Below are positions 24,306-32,000 of a stretch of DNA of 32,000 bases, in pieces (position 1 is the first letter of the stretch; the number at the start of each line of letters is the position of its first letter). Both the position numbers and the translations under genes were made by a program. The stretch comes from Paenibacillus xerothermodurans (lineage in GTDB: Bacteria; Bacillota; Bacilli; Paenibacillales; NBRC-103111), in contig NZ_NHRJ02000014.1 of assembly GCF_002220865.2 (NCBI RefSeq), positions 37,249-69,248 on the forward strand. Direction: 5' to 3'. The notes below the pieces were generated by a model. The model searched no databases. It was given only the letters and a program-made list of their open reading frames with translations, and was not told where the DNA came from.

Positions 24306-25490
24306 TTGCAAAACGTTCTGTTATCGGCGCTGTTGGCATGGGGGATGCTGTCGAGCGGTTCCGCACAGGCAGCTGCTTTAGCGGCACAGGCCGCCCTGCC
24401 CATGCACAACACTGCTGCGTTGGCTGTATCTGCCGGCAGTGGGCATGCAGCGGAGCCCCCGGCTCAGTTTGCGGGCGCGACGGCTGCGCCTGCCGTCAGC
24501 GCGGACGAGCCTGAGGTGTCGATTCTTTCCGCGCAGCCGAACGGCGAGGGAGCGGACACGCAGCCGAATGCTGCATCGGACAAGCCGCTGCTAACATTTC
24601 CGGTGCTGAGTGACATTCACGTGCAGGACAACGACCCTGTGTCACAAGCGAAATTCAAGGCCGCGATGCGCGACTTAGGGGAAGTGAATCCGAATGCTGA
24701 CGCCCTCATCATTAATGGCGATCTGACCGGCGGCTTGCCTGAGGATTACACAAAGCTGCGTCAGTTGATGGGCGAACTGCCGCATCCGGACAAGGTTTTC
24801 TACACTATAGGGAATCACGAGTTCTATAAAGCCTGGTACGACGCAGACAGAAAGTGGAGTCCAGCCACGTTTCCCAACGGCGAGACGGAGCAGGCTTCCA
24901 TCGATCGATTTTTGCAGTTCACACAGCAGCCGGGCATTTATCATGATCAGATGATAAAGGGGCATCAGTTCATTTTTCTCGGTTCGGAACGATACCGTAT
25001 ATCCGATCCGTCTAACAATGAGGATGCGTATCTTAGCCCGAATCAATTATCTTGGCTGAAGCAAGCTTTGGCTAAGAGCAAGGATTCGTCCAAGCCTATC
25101 TTTGTGTTTTTGCATCAGCCGCTGCCCAACACCGTGGCGGGCACCAATTACTGGGCTTACATGCGGGCTGTCGTACAGCATGAGCAGCTCCGGGAGATTT
25201 TGTCGGATTACCCGCAAGTCATCTTGTTTTCCGGGCACACGCATTGGGATTTGAAGCTGCCCAAAACGTTTGTGCAGGATAAGTTCACATCGGTCAATTC
25301 ATCTTCCGTGTACGGACCACTGACAGATGACGGTACCGGATTGGAAACCACCGTGCCTGCAGAGAACAGTGAAGGCTTGTACGTTGAAGTCTACGCCGAC
25401 CGGGTCGTTATAAAAGGGCGGGACTTTCACCGCAAGCAGTGGATTCCTGATACGGAGTTTTCGGTCAAGCTCGGTGACAGTGGTAAGTGA
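24306..25490 (+). CDS. secreted metallophosphoesterase (calcineurin-like)
   Basis: Motifs VLSDIHV, INGDLTG, GNHEF and GHTHW. The TTG at 24306 (GGAG 9 nt upstream) gives signal peptide MQNVLLSALLAWGMLSSGSAQA. The track's 24207 start has no RBS. Confidence 0.8.
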   Translation: MQNVLLSALLAWGMLSSGSAQAAALAAQAALPMHNTAALAVSAGSGHAAEPPAQFAGATAAPAVSADEPEVSILSAQPNGEGADTQPNAASDKPLLTFPVLSDIHVQDNDPVSQAKFKAAMRDLGEVNPNADALIINGDLTGGLPEDYTKLRQLMGELPHPDKVFYTIGNHEFYKAWYDADRKWSPATFPNGETEQASIDRFLQFTQQPGIYHDQMIKGHQFIFLGSERYRISDPSNNEDAYLSPNQLSWLKQALAKSKDSSKPIFVFLHQPLPNTVAGTNYWAYMRAVVQHEQLREILSDYPQVILFSGHTHWDLKLPKTFVQDKFTSVNSSSVYGPLTDDGTGLETTVPAENSEGLYVEVYADRVVIKGRDFHRKQWIPDTEFSVKLGDSGK

Positions 25491-25597
25491 TACCACAGAG
25501 TGCCCGTCTGCGCTGCGGGCTTGAAACGCACCAGGCATTTGGGTGCTTCACAGCGCTCCTCTCCGGTTGGTCTATCGGTTGTGCTTGCAACCACAAA

Positions 25598-25629
25598 GGA
25601 TCGGTCTCGATTGAGACCGGTCCTTTTTT
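25598..25629 (+). terminator. intrinsic terminator
   Basis: GGATCGGTCTC-gatt-GAGACCGGTCC (11-bp stem, one mismatch) followed by TTTTTT. It lies about 110 nt after the phosphoesterase stop. Confidence 0.8.
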
Positions 25630-25964
25630 CGTATGCGTTGTACTGAAGCTTTCTGTTGAGGTGAGGCGCGCGTCTGAAGACCGCTGGCTAAACGGCGGCC
25701 ACCCACACATCCGCCTATATGCGCCGCTTAATCGCCCTCCGTGTGTCGCGCTGATTGTCTTTAGACTTTTTTATTCGCAGATCGCCGTCCACCGAAGCGC
25801 AGCGCACGGGCTGCGCCGGAGGTGGAGGACGTTAACCTAACCAATCCACACGGCATATGATGATTTATAAATAAAATTTTCCTTTACAAACATCATTGCT
25901 TATATATACAATATGATCATACCCGATAGGAATACTATGTTTTAGAAAGAAGTGGGGCAATCTT

Positions 25965-26729
25965 ATGGATATCAGCATTGCGATAATGGGCTTGTTCGTT
26001 GGTTTCTTGGTCGGATTAACCGGGGTGGGGGGAGCCGCGGTATTGACTCCTATTTTACTCATGTTCGGTGTGAATCCGTCCATCGCTGTAGGCACAGACC
26101 TGATTTATAACTCAGTCACGAAGTTATTCGGTACCATTCAGCATTGGCGGCAGCAGACGATCGATTTCCGGTTGGCCAGATATTTGGCATACGGAAGTAT
26201 CCCGGGCGCGGTGCTGTCTATCGCTCTTCTTCATGTATTCGATTCATTTTATTCCAATCAAGAGGAAATTATTAAACACGCGTTGGGCTATGTGCTCATC
26301 GTGGTTGCTCTCGCTACGCTGCTCAAGATCGTATTGGACCATAAGATGAAAGCCGACAGCTGGCAGGTTAAATCTCTGGACGATAGGAAAGGCTTAACCA
26401 TACTGGTCGGTGGGGTGCTGGGTTTCATCGTAGGACTCACCTCCATTGGCTCAGGCTCGTTGTTCGCGTTGGTTATGCTGTATTTTTTTCGCATCAGTCC
26501 GGCAAAATTAGTCGGAACAGATATAGCGCACGCCTTTCTCCTGGTGACCGTCGCCGGTGCCCTGCACGCCGGTATGGGGAATGTCGATTACATGCTGGCG
26601 GTCAACTTGCTGCTTGGTTCCGTGCCCGGCGTAATAATTGGAAGCACTTTGTCCGCGAAAGCACCCACCAAGTTTTTACGCACTGTCATAGCGAGCATCA
26701 TTTTGATCAGCGGACTGAAATTGATTTAA
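25965..26729 (+). CDS. TauE/SafE (TSUP) family membrane transporter
   Basis: 254 aa and polytopic. The two halves share a duplicated G-x-x-G-G / SIGSG pattern (GLTGVGGAAVLTPILL and GLTSIGSGSLFALVML). An AT-rich region upstream carries TTTACA-N18-TACAAT. Confidence 0.8.
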   Translation: MDISIAIMGLFVGFLVGLTGVGGAAVLTPILLMFGVNPSIAVGTDLIYNSVTKLFGTIQHWRQQTIDFRLARYLAYGSIPGAVLSIALLHVFDSFYSNQEEIIKHALGYVLIVVALATLLKIVLDHKMKADSWQVKSLDDRKGLTILVGGVLGFIVGLTSIGSGSLFALVMLYFFRISPAKLVGTDIAHAFLLVTVAGALHAGMGNVDYMLAVNLLLGSVPGVIIGSTLSAKAPTKFLRTVIASIILISGLKLI

Positions 26730-26823
26730 ATCGCCTCCGGTATAAAAAGACATACTTAGCGGTCATTCGTCCGTACGATACCGCGCGCGCCTATCCTAGC
26801 GTGCCGGAGGCCGTGCTCGCACC

Positions 26824-26851
26824 AAAAATCCCGTCCTGTTGGACGGGATTT
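26824..26851 (-). terminator. intrinsic terminator after the Mn-catalase gene
   Basis: On the minus strand AAATCCCGTCC-aaca-GGACGGGATTT is followed by TTGGTG, and the T-run overlaps the stem. The stem is perfect and 11 bp long. Confidence 0.75.
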
Positions 26852-26868
26852 GCACTATGTGTCGTAAC

Positions 26869-27732
26869 TCACTTCATTGGCGGAACGCTGATATGATTGT
26901 TCAACACGTGCGGCGGGGTATCATGGATGTATGGCGGAGCGGGCGGCAGCTGAGGCCGGTCACCCACTGGCAGAGGGCAGGCAATATATTGAAATACGCC
27001 TTTACTGTCAGGTGTCGGGCCATGTGCCCATCTGCCCCGAGCGCTGGCCTCGCCTCTGGAAAGATTGAAAAATTTATATGAAAATTCGCGGTTTTCACAT
27101 TCTTGCGGGAACGTTCCTGGGGCTACGAAGCCCTCCTTCGCTTCCAGCTCGGCGATTGCCGCAGCCCACTGGTTCTGATGCATCGTGTCCCTTGCAATGA
27201 GAAATGCCAGTGTATCCCGCACTCCGGCGTCAATGGTCGATTCGTATACCCGTACCGTTTCCGTCCTGCCGCCCGACTCTTTGGCTAAATTATCGCGCAG
27301 ATCGGTGAGCAGGTTGCCAGTAGCGGTCACATAACGGCCGTTCCATGGATAACCGACGCTATCCGTCGGAAGGGCGCCTAAGCCTGCGAAAATCGCGTGC
27401 TGAGGATTCATACCCCCGAGAATGGCAGCGACGATCGGATTTTGTGCCGCAATAATTTCCTGGTCCTTCCATGGTGCATTGTCGAGCAATCTTGCAATCA
27501 GGGTAGCCACAATTTCAACGTGAGCCAATTCCTCGGTGCCCGTGTCCAACAGCAAATCCTTGTATTTGCTGTCAACGTCTGAGCGCAAATTCCACCCTTG
27601 GAACAAATACTGCATGGCGACGGTCATCTCACCGAATTTTCCCGCAAGAATCTCCTGTACCCTTTTGGCAAGAAGCGGGTCCGGCTTTTCGCAGCGAGCT
27701 GGGTATTGCAGTTCCTTAATGTGAAAAAACAT
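26869..27732 (-). CDS. manganese catalase (YdbD-like)
   Basis: 287 aa, collinear with B. subtilis YdbD as I recall it: ELQYPA...PDPL.AK..QEIL.G.FGE..VAMQYLFQGWN, TEELAHVE, ARDTMHQNQW and ELEA.EG.V.PGTFP. Confidence 0.9.
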   Translation of the reverse strand: MFFHIKELQYPARCEKPDPLLAKRVQEILAGKFGEMTVAMQYLFQGWNLRSDVDSKYKDLLLDTGTEELAHVEIVATLIARLLDNAPWKDQEIIAAQNPIVAAILGGMNPQHAIFAGLGALPTDSVGYPWNGRYVTATGNLLTDLRDNLAKESGGRTETVRVYESTIDAGVRDTLAFLIARDTMHQNQWAAAIAELEAKEGFVAPGTFPQECENREFSYKFFNLSRGEASARGRWAHGPTPDSKGVFQYIACPLPVGDRPQLPPAPPYIHDTPPHVLNNHISVPPMK

Positions 27733-27876
27733 GTCTGCGTCAATCCTTCCTACAGCAATATTCTACAGCGCCGGGGGCTTTCCAGACTTAGCTGCAAAGC
27801 TCTCTGGGCTTTTGTCTATCTATTGTATACGCCTGGGCATGGATGGGTGCACGTACGACATATTAAGAGCAAAAGG

Positions 27877-27925
27877 AAAAAGCGGCGGCCAGGAACATGA
27901 GTCATGTTCCTGAGCCGCCGCTTTT
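27877..27925 (-). terminator. long near-perfect palindrome / bidirectional-looking terminator
   Basis: AAAAGCGGCGGCCAGGAACATGA-g-TCATGTTCCTGAGCCGCCGCTTTT forms a stem of about 23 bp with one bulge. It is flanked by an A-run and a T-run, with TTTTTCCTTTT on the minus strand. Confidence 0.8.
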
Positions 27926-28023
27926 GTTGCATAGCCAGCGCTGCGAGGCTGCTGCACACGTGCCTATGTGCTGTTTTACGCACGACTCCGCAGCCCAGCC
28001 CAAGCTTCTGTTAGCGCCGACAA

Positions 28024-28161
28024 CTACTCAGCAGGGAAATTCGGTCCATCTAATCTTTTATCGATATCCCCGTCACCGTTGGTGTCCTCGCCTCTCTCAA
28101 CATCTTTGTTTTCGCGTTCCTGCGCAACCTGCTGCGGAGAATCGTACCTTGGATCAGCCAT
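28024..28161 (-). CDS. small hydrophilic acidic protein, 45 aa (below the ORF-track cutoff)
   Basis: Hand translation gives MADPRYDSPQQVAQERENKDVERGEDTNGDGDIDKRLDGPNFPAE*. GAAGGGGG lies 9 nt upstream of the ATG at 28161. The strong hairpin at 27877-27925 is about 100 nt downstream. Confidence 0.45.
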   Translation of the reverse strand: MADPRYDSPQQVAQERENKDVERGEDTNGDGDIDKRLDGPNFPAE

Positions 28162-28340
28162 TTGTCGCAACCCCCTTCGTCATCGGATGATAAAAACATG
28201 TGCCTGAGGTGACCTCCGATCCGGGCACGCCTTGGAAGAGATCAGAGCCATAACAAAAGATATGGTTTGAAGAAAATGTATTTTTTATGCACGGCTCGGA
28301 AGATATAGAAATTTTCTCTCCGCGTGACCGAAAATCACGA

Positions 28341-28369
28341 TTGTATTACCATTCAATTTGTAATACAAT
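28341..28369 (+). promoter_or_regulatory. candidate sigma-A promoter with two embedded GntR-type operators
   Basis: TTGTAT (28341-28346), 17 nt, TACAAT (28364-28369). The -35 lies inside TTGTAtTACCA (28341-28351) and the -10 inside the dyad TTGTAaTACAA (28358-28368). Both fit T.GT-N3-AC.A. Confidence 0.55.
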
Positions 28370-28416
28370 TTAACAAAAGAAAAAGATAGCGCTTACAAAT
28401 ACTGAGGGTGGATGGG

Positions 28417-29127
28417 ATGGATAAGAGAAACAACGACTTGATACTGGAATCAGTCACACGCAAAACATTGGCGAAGGAAGTTGCCGACCGGTTGCTGCAG
28501 CTGCTCGTATCCGGTGATTTGAAACCGGGGGACAAACTGTTTCCCGAGACCGAGCTGACAAAGATGCTTGACGTGAGCCGGCCGGTGTTGCGTGAGGCGA
28601 TGAGCTCTCTGGAGTCTTTAGGCATCATTCACAGAAAAACGAGGGACGGCACATATTTCGCACAAAAAATCGGCAGCCGGCCTTTTTTGAACATGCTGTC
28701 TTTGGCAATGGACGATCTTCCCGCCATTATCGAGGCACGGATGGCACTCGAGCTTGGACTGATCACACTGGCGGCGGAGAAGATCACTGACCGGGAATTG
28801 AACGAGCTGTACTCCACTATCGAAGCGATTTCTGAGTCTCCCGGCAATTATGCCGAGATCGACAAAGAGTTTCACAGAATTATCGCATTCAGTGTCAATA
28901 ACCATGTATTGGAGGGGATGATTGACTCGCTTTTAATGGCATTTGACCAGATGAGCCAAAACATCGAAGTAAGAGAACGAAACGTGGCCGTAGAACACCA
29001 TACGGCGATTTATGCGGCGCTGAAAAAAAGATCACCTTCCGAAGCCTGGCTGCATATGTACCGGCACCTGGATTTCGTTAGACAAAAGATCTTAAAAAAC
29101 ACGAGCAAAACGGGAGAAACCTGCTGA
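28417..29127 (+). CDS. GntR family transcriptional regulator, FadR/FCD subfamily
   Basis: Winged-HTH LFPETELTKMLDVSRPVLREAMSSLESLGII followed by an all-helical FCD-type C-terminal domain. The ATG at 28417 follows GAGGGTGGA; the track lists a GTG at 28408. Confidence 0.85.
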   Translation: MDKRNNDLILESVTRKTLAKEVADRLLQLLVSGDLKPGDKLFPETELTKMLDVSRPVLREAMSSLESLGIIHRKTRDGTYFAQKIGSRPFLNMLSLAMDDLPAIIEARMALELGLITLAAEKITDRELNELYSTIEAISESPGNYAEIDKEFHRIIAFSVNNHVLEGMIDSLLMAFDQMSQNIEVRERNVAVEHHTAIYAALKKRSPSEAWLHMYRHLDFVRQKILKNTSKTGETC

Positions 29128-29160
29128 CAGACGCTAAAAGGTTGAGGAGGCGCTTCTACT

Positions 29161-30192
29161 ATGATGGGGAAAAGCAGAACGTTATTTTCGCTAGCTTGGA
29201 CAGTCGCTCTCACAGGATCGATGCTGGCCGGATGTGGCAAAGCATCGGAGCCCGCGGCCACCTCCGGGCAGGCGGCAGCCAGCTCTGTGAAGCCTGCTGC
29301 AGATTTTCCGAAAAAACCGATTGAGTTGATCGTGCCCTACGCGACGGGCGGAGGCACGGATGTCACCGCGCGCACACTGGCCAATGCGGTAAGCAAATAC
29401 TTGCCTAACCAACAGACGGTAGTCACGGTAAACAAGCCGGGAGCGAGCGGTGTCATCGGGCTGGGGGAAGTGTTTCAAGCCAAGCCGGACGGATATAAAA
29501 TCTCTATGGCAACGATCGGCAACCTGGCGATTCAGCCCAACTACGGGAAAACACCATACTCGTATGATAGCTTCGAGCCAATCCTCATTGCGAATTCCGT
29601 CCCGCATATATTAGCTGTCCAAGCGGATGCACCGTGGAAAACGGTGGATGAGTGGCTGGACTACGTGCAGAAAAACCCGAATGCATTCAGCTATTCTACG
29701 CCGGGCCAGGGTAATACCCAGCATTTGAACATGGAGGGCGTAGCGCTCAAAGACGGCTTGAAGCTGAAGCACGTGCCGTTTGATGGTGCCGCACCTGCTA
29801 TCACGGCATTATTAGGAGGCCACGTTCACGGTGCGGTCGTTCAGGTACATGAGGCCAAGCCTCAAGTGGACGCGGGAGCATTGCGTATACTTGCCAACAT
29901 AGGAACGAGTAAAGCCGAGGCGATTAAGGATGTGCCGCTGCTGCATGAAAGAGGATACATAGGATACAACGCCTGGACCGGTATCGTTGCTCCCAAAGGC
30001 ACGCCGCCCGAGGCGGTAGCAATTTTACATGATGCCTTCAAAAAGGCATTGGAAGATCCGGAGACGGTTAACGAGTTCAAGAAAATCGGTATCGAGCCGG
30101 CTTACAGCGGTCCGGATGAATTCAAGAAAATTGCGGAAGAAACATACAAATCGACTCGGGATGTGGCTACCAAGGTTGGCTTGATAAAATAA
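29161..30192 (+). CDS. tripartite tricarboxylate transporter substrate-binding lipoprotein (TctC/Bug family)
   Basis: 343 aa with lipobox MLAGC|GK. Family-typical blocks are FPKKPIELIVPYATGGGTD, VVTVNKPGASG, AFSYSTPGQGNTQHL and WTGIVAPKGTP. Confidence 0.85.
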   Translation: MMGKSRTLFSLAWTVALTGSMLAGCGKASEPAATSGQAAASSVKPAADFPKKPIELIVPYATGGGTDVTARTLANAVSKYLPNQQTVVTVNKPGASGVIGLGEVFQAKPDGYKISMATIGNLAIQPNYGKTPYSYDSFEPILIANSVPHILAVQADAPWKTVDEWLDYVQKNPNAFSYSTPGQGNTQHLNMEGVALKDGLKLKHVPFDGAAPAITALLGGHVHGAVVQVHEAKPQVDAGALRILANIGTSKAEAIKDVPLLHERGYIGYNAWTGIVAPKGTPPEAVAILHDAFKKALEDPETVNEFKKIGIEPAYSGPDEFKKIAEETYKSTRDVATKVGLIK

Positions 30193-30234
30193 ACGGATCA
30201 CATAACATATAACGGAAGAAAGGGTGTAACGCAG

Positions 30235-31527
30235 ATGTCTTTGACACAGTCCGGCAATTACGATCCGCTTCCCGCAATGATCCCGGTCCGTCAAGTATTT
30301 GAAGCGCTCACAGTTGACGATATCGAAGCCGAGGTTAGAGCGGAATTAAACCAGCAGACGGTGAAACAAACAATTCCAGCAGGCGCAAGAGTAGCTGTAG
30401 GCGTCGGCAGCAGAGGCGTCGCTAATCTAAAAACCATCACTTTTGCTGTGATCAGCCAGCTCATCGAATGGGGCGCCAGACCATTCATCGTGCCGGCCAT
30501 GGGCAGCCATGGCGGGGGAACCGGGCAGGGCCAGATTAAAGTGCTCGCTGAATTTGGCATCACTGAGGAAAGCATGGGAGTTCGAATTGTTTCAACAATG
30601 GATGTCGTACAGATTGGAGCGTTGAGCGACGGCACACCCGTGTATTTAGATAAAGAGGCGCAGCAAGCCGATGCCATCGTGTTTATCAACCGGATCAAAC
30701 CGCATACAAGCTTTAAAGGAGATTACGAAAGCGGACTGCTCAAAATGATGGCTATCGGATTGGGCCGGCACCAAGGCGCTCTCGCCGTCCATCAACATCC
30801 GTTGGCTGACATGCCGGTGGTGCTGCCCAAGATTGCCGAGGTGTATTTTAAGCGCGCACCGATTGCGTTCGGACTGGCCATATTGGAAAACGCTTACGAT
30901 AGGACGGCCCGCATCGTGGCGGTTCCTGGCGATGAGATGATCGCTGCGGAAAAGGAACTGCTTATCCAAGCTAAGCAGTTCATGCCGCGCATTATACCGA
31001 AAACAATTGATCTGCTATTGGTCAATGAAATGGGTAAAAACATCAGCGGCTCGGGCATGGACCCCAACATTACCGGCCGTGCAGCTTCGAAAGCTCCTCA
31101 GAAATTCGATGCCCCTGAGATCGAGCGGCTGGTCGTGCTTGGCCTCACGCCGGAAACAAAAGGCAACGCCTGTGGGATTGGGGTAGCGGATGTTACCACG
31201 AGACGTGTATTTGAACAAATCAATCTGGACTACACGTACGCTAACGTCCTCACATCCAAGGTGCTTGATTCAGCCAAAATCCCGGTCATCATGCAGAACG
31301 ATGCGGAGGCAATTAACGCCGCGTTAACTACATGCTATTCGATCGGTCGCAGTGCCCCCAGGGTAGTCTGGGTGAAAAACACGCTGGAGCTGGAGTATAT
31401 ACTGGTATCGCAATCCGTGCTGTCCGAGCTCGGCGGAGATCCCCGCATCGAAGTGCTGGGTGATCCCATCCGTGTCGAATTTGATGCTGACCGCAACATC
31501 ACTACAAATATTTGGAAAGGCAGGTGA
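30235..31527 (+). CDS. LarA-like (lactate racemase N-terminal domain / DUF2088-type) protein, divergent
   Basis: 430 aa, which is LarA-sized. INRIKPHTSFKGDYESGLLKMMAIGLGRHQGALAVH is positionally analogous to the LarA block (.EPH.F.GFSGG.K...PG......H). Canonical LarA residues are not all evident, so the assignment is tentative. Confidence 0.5.
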   Translation: MSLTQSGNYDPLPAMIPVRQVFEALTVDDIEAEVRAELNQQTVKQTIPAGARVAVGVGSRGVANLKTITFAVISQLIEWGARPFIVPAMGSHGGGTGQGQIKVLAEFGITEESMGVRIVSTMDVVQIGALSDGTPVYLDKEAQQADAIVFINRIKPHTSFKGDYESGLLKMMAIGLGRHQGALAVHQHPLADMPVVLPKIAEVYFKRAPIAFGLAILENAYDRTARIVAVPGDEMIAAEKELLIQAKQFMPRIIPKTIDLLLVNEMGKNISGSGMDPNITGRAASKAPQKFDAPEIERLVVLGLTPETKGNACGIGVADVTTRRVFEQINLDYTYANVLTSKVLDSAKIPVIMQNDAEAINAALTTCYSIGRSAPRVVWVKNTLELEYILVSQSVLSELGGDPRIEVLGDPIRVEFDADRNITTNIWKGR

Positions 31528-31535
31528 GGAGGCTG

Positions 31536-32000
31536 ATGGCGCAAAACAGACAGAATCGGCAGATCAAGGGCATACTGGGCTTTCCGGTGGCGCCTTTTAA
31601 CACTCACGATCAGTTGGATCACGCGGCGTTGCAAGAAAATATTCAATTTTTGCTGGACAGCGGTCTGGACGCAATTTATGTGTGCGCGGGGGCGGGGGAA
31701 TTTCAATCGCTGACGCGAGTAGAGTATGAAACCATTGTGGAAATGGCCGTTTCTCTCAGCGGCGGCAAAGCTCCTGTATTCACGGGTGTCGGCGGCAATA
31801 TTGCGGAAGCCCTTGAGTTAGCGCGCATTTCTCAGGCAAAAGGGGCAGACGGATATTTAATTTTGCCTCCGTATTTGATCAACGCTGAGCAGGCAGGCTT
31901 GTACGATTACTTTAAGGCGATTATCGAAAGCACCGAGCTCGACGCGATTATATATCAGCGGGACAACGCTGTGTTGTCACTTGGCACATTAAGAAGATTG
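31536..32000 (+). CDS. DHDPS/NAL-family enzyme, 5-dehydro-4-deoxyglucarate dehydratase (KdgD)-like, 3' end outside window
   Basis: Not in the ORF track because no stop occurs in the window. ATG 31536 follows GGTGAGGAGG and lies 8 nt after the previous stop. The 155 aa read (MAQNRQNRQIKGILGFPVAPF...CAGAGEFQSL...GVGG...ILPPYL...IIYQRDN) parallel KdgD blocks GLLSFPVT.F, AAGGTGEFFSL, GVGG, LLLPHYL and VVYNR. Confidence 0.75.
   Translation, partial: MAQNRQNRQIKGILGFPVAPFNTHDQLDHAALQENIQFLLDSGLDAIYVCAGAGEFQSLTRVEYETIVEMAVSLSGGKAPVFTGVGGNIAEALELARISQAKGADGYLILPPYLINAEQAGLYDYFKAIIESTELDAIIYQRDNAVLSLGTLRRL

Noticed and set aside
27731-28207. Plus-strand ORFs 27731..27913, 27897..28190 and 27968..28207
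   Set aside because: They cross the long palindromic terminator or lie antisense to the RBS-supported 45-aa ORF. Their translations are low-complexity with no start context.

Overview
The window reads as ordinary chromosome from an endospore-forming Firmicute, most like Paenibacillus. Pointers are LplABC-type sugar ABC systems, tgl, ymaF, a YdbD-like Mn catalase and strong GGAGG ribosome-binding sites. GC looks around half or slightly above, but I did not compute it. I found no CRISPR array, cas gene, integrase, transposase, reverse transcriptase, restriction-modification or phage module.

Gene content, left to right:
- Sugar-uptake operon: TIM-barrel isomerase (5' truncated), two permeases and a lipoprotein binding protein, extended by a cupin and a Tm-1 C-terminal-like PEP-hydrolase-family TIM barrel.
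- Sporulation/coat-flavoured neighbourhood at 5.6-11.2 kb: tgl, ymaF, an NPP-type phosphodiesterase lipoprotein, a LysM plus coiled-coil mini-protein, a Gly/His-rich 13-residue-repeat protein, two small orphan proteins, two AC-17-CATAnnnTA promoter-like sites and two families of non-coding tandem repeats.
- MBL-fold hydrolase, then a five-gene tRNA operon (Ala-Asn-Tyr-Leu-Leu).
- SAM methyltransferase, an orphan amino-acid binding lipoprotein, an unusually long membrane-anchored di-haem CCP/MauG-like cytochrome c and a YeeE/YedE sulfur transporter.
- ABC1/UbiB kinase, a DHA2-type MFS exporter, an LtaS-like sulfatase-fold enzyme and a secreted metallophosphoesterase.
- TauE/SafE permease, Mn catalase and an unlisted 45-aa ORF followed by a long palindromic terminator.
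- A GntR(FCD)-controlled cluster: TctC-type binding protein, LarA-like (DUF2088-type) protein and a KdgD-like DHDPS-family enzyme (3' truncated).

Nothing here convincingly amounts to a new multi-gene system. The items most worth a second look are the Gly/His repeat protein with its adjacent roughly 100-bp structured tandem repeats, the atypical di-haem cytochrome, and the LarA-like/KdgD-like sugar-acid cluster with its operator-embedded promoter.
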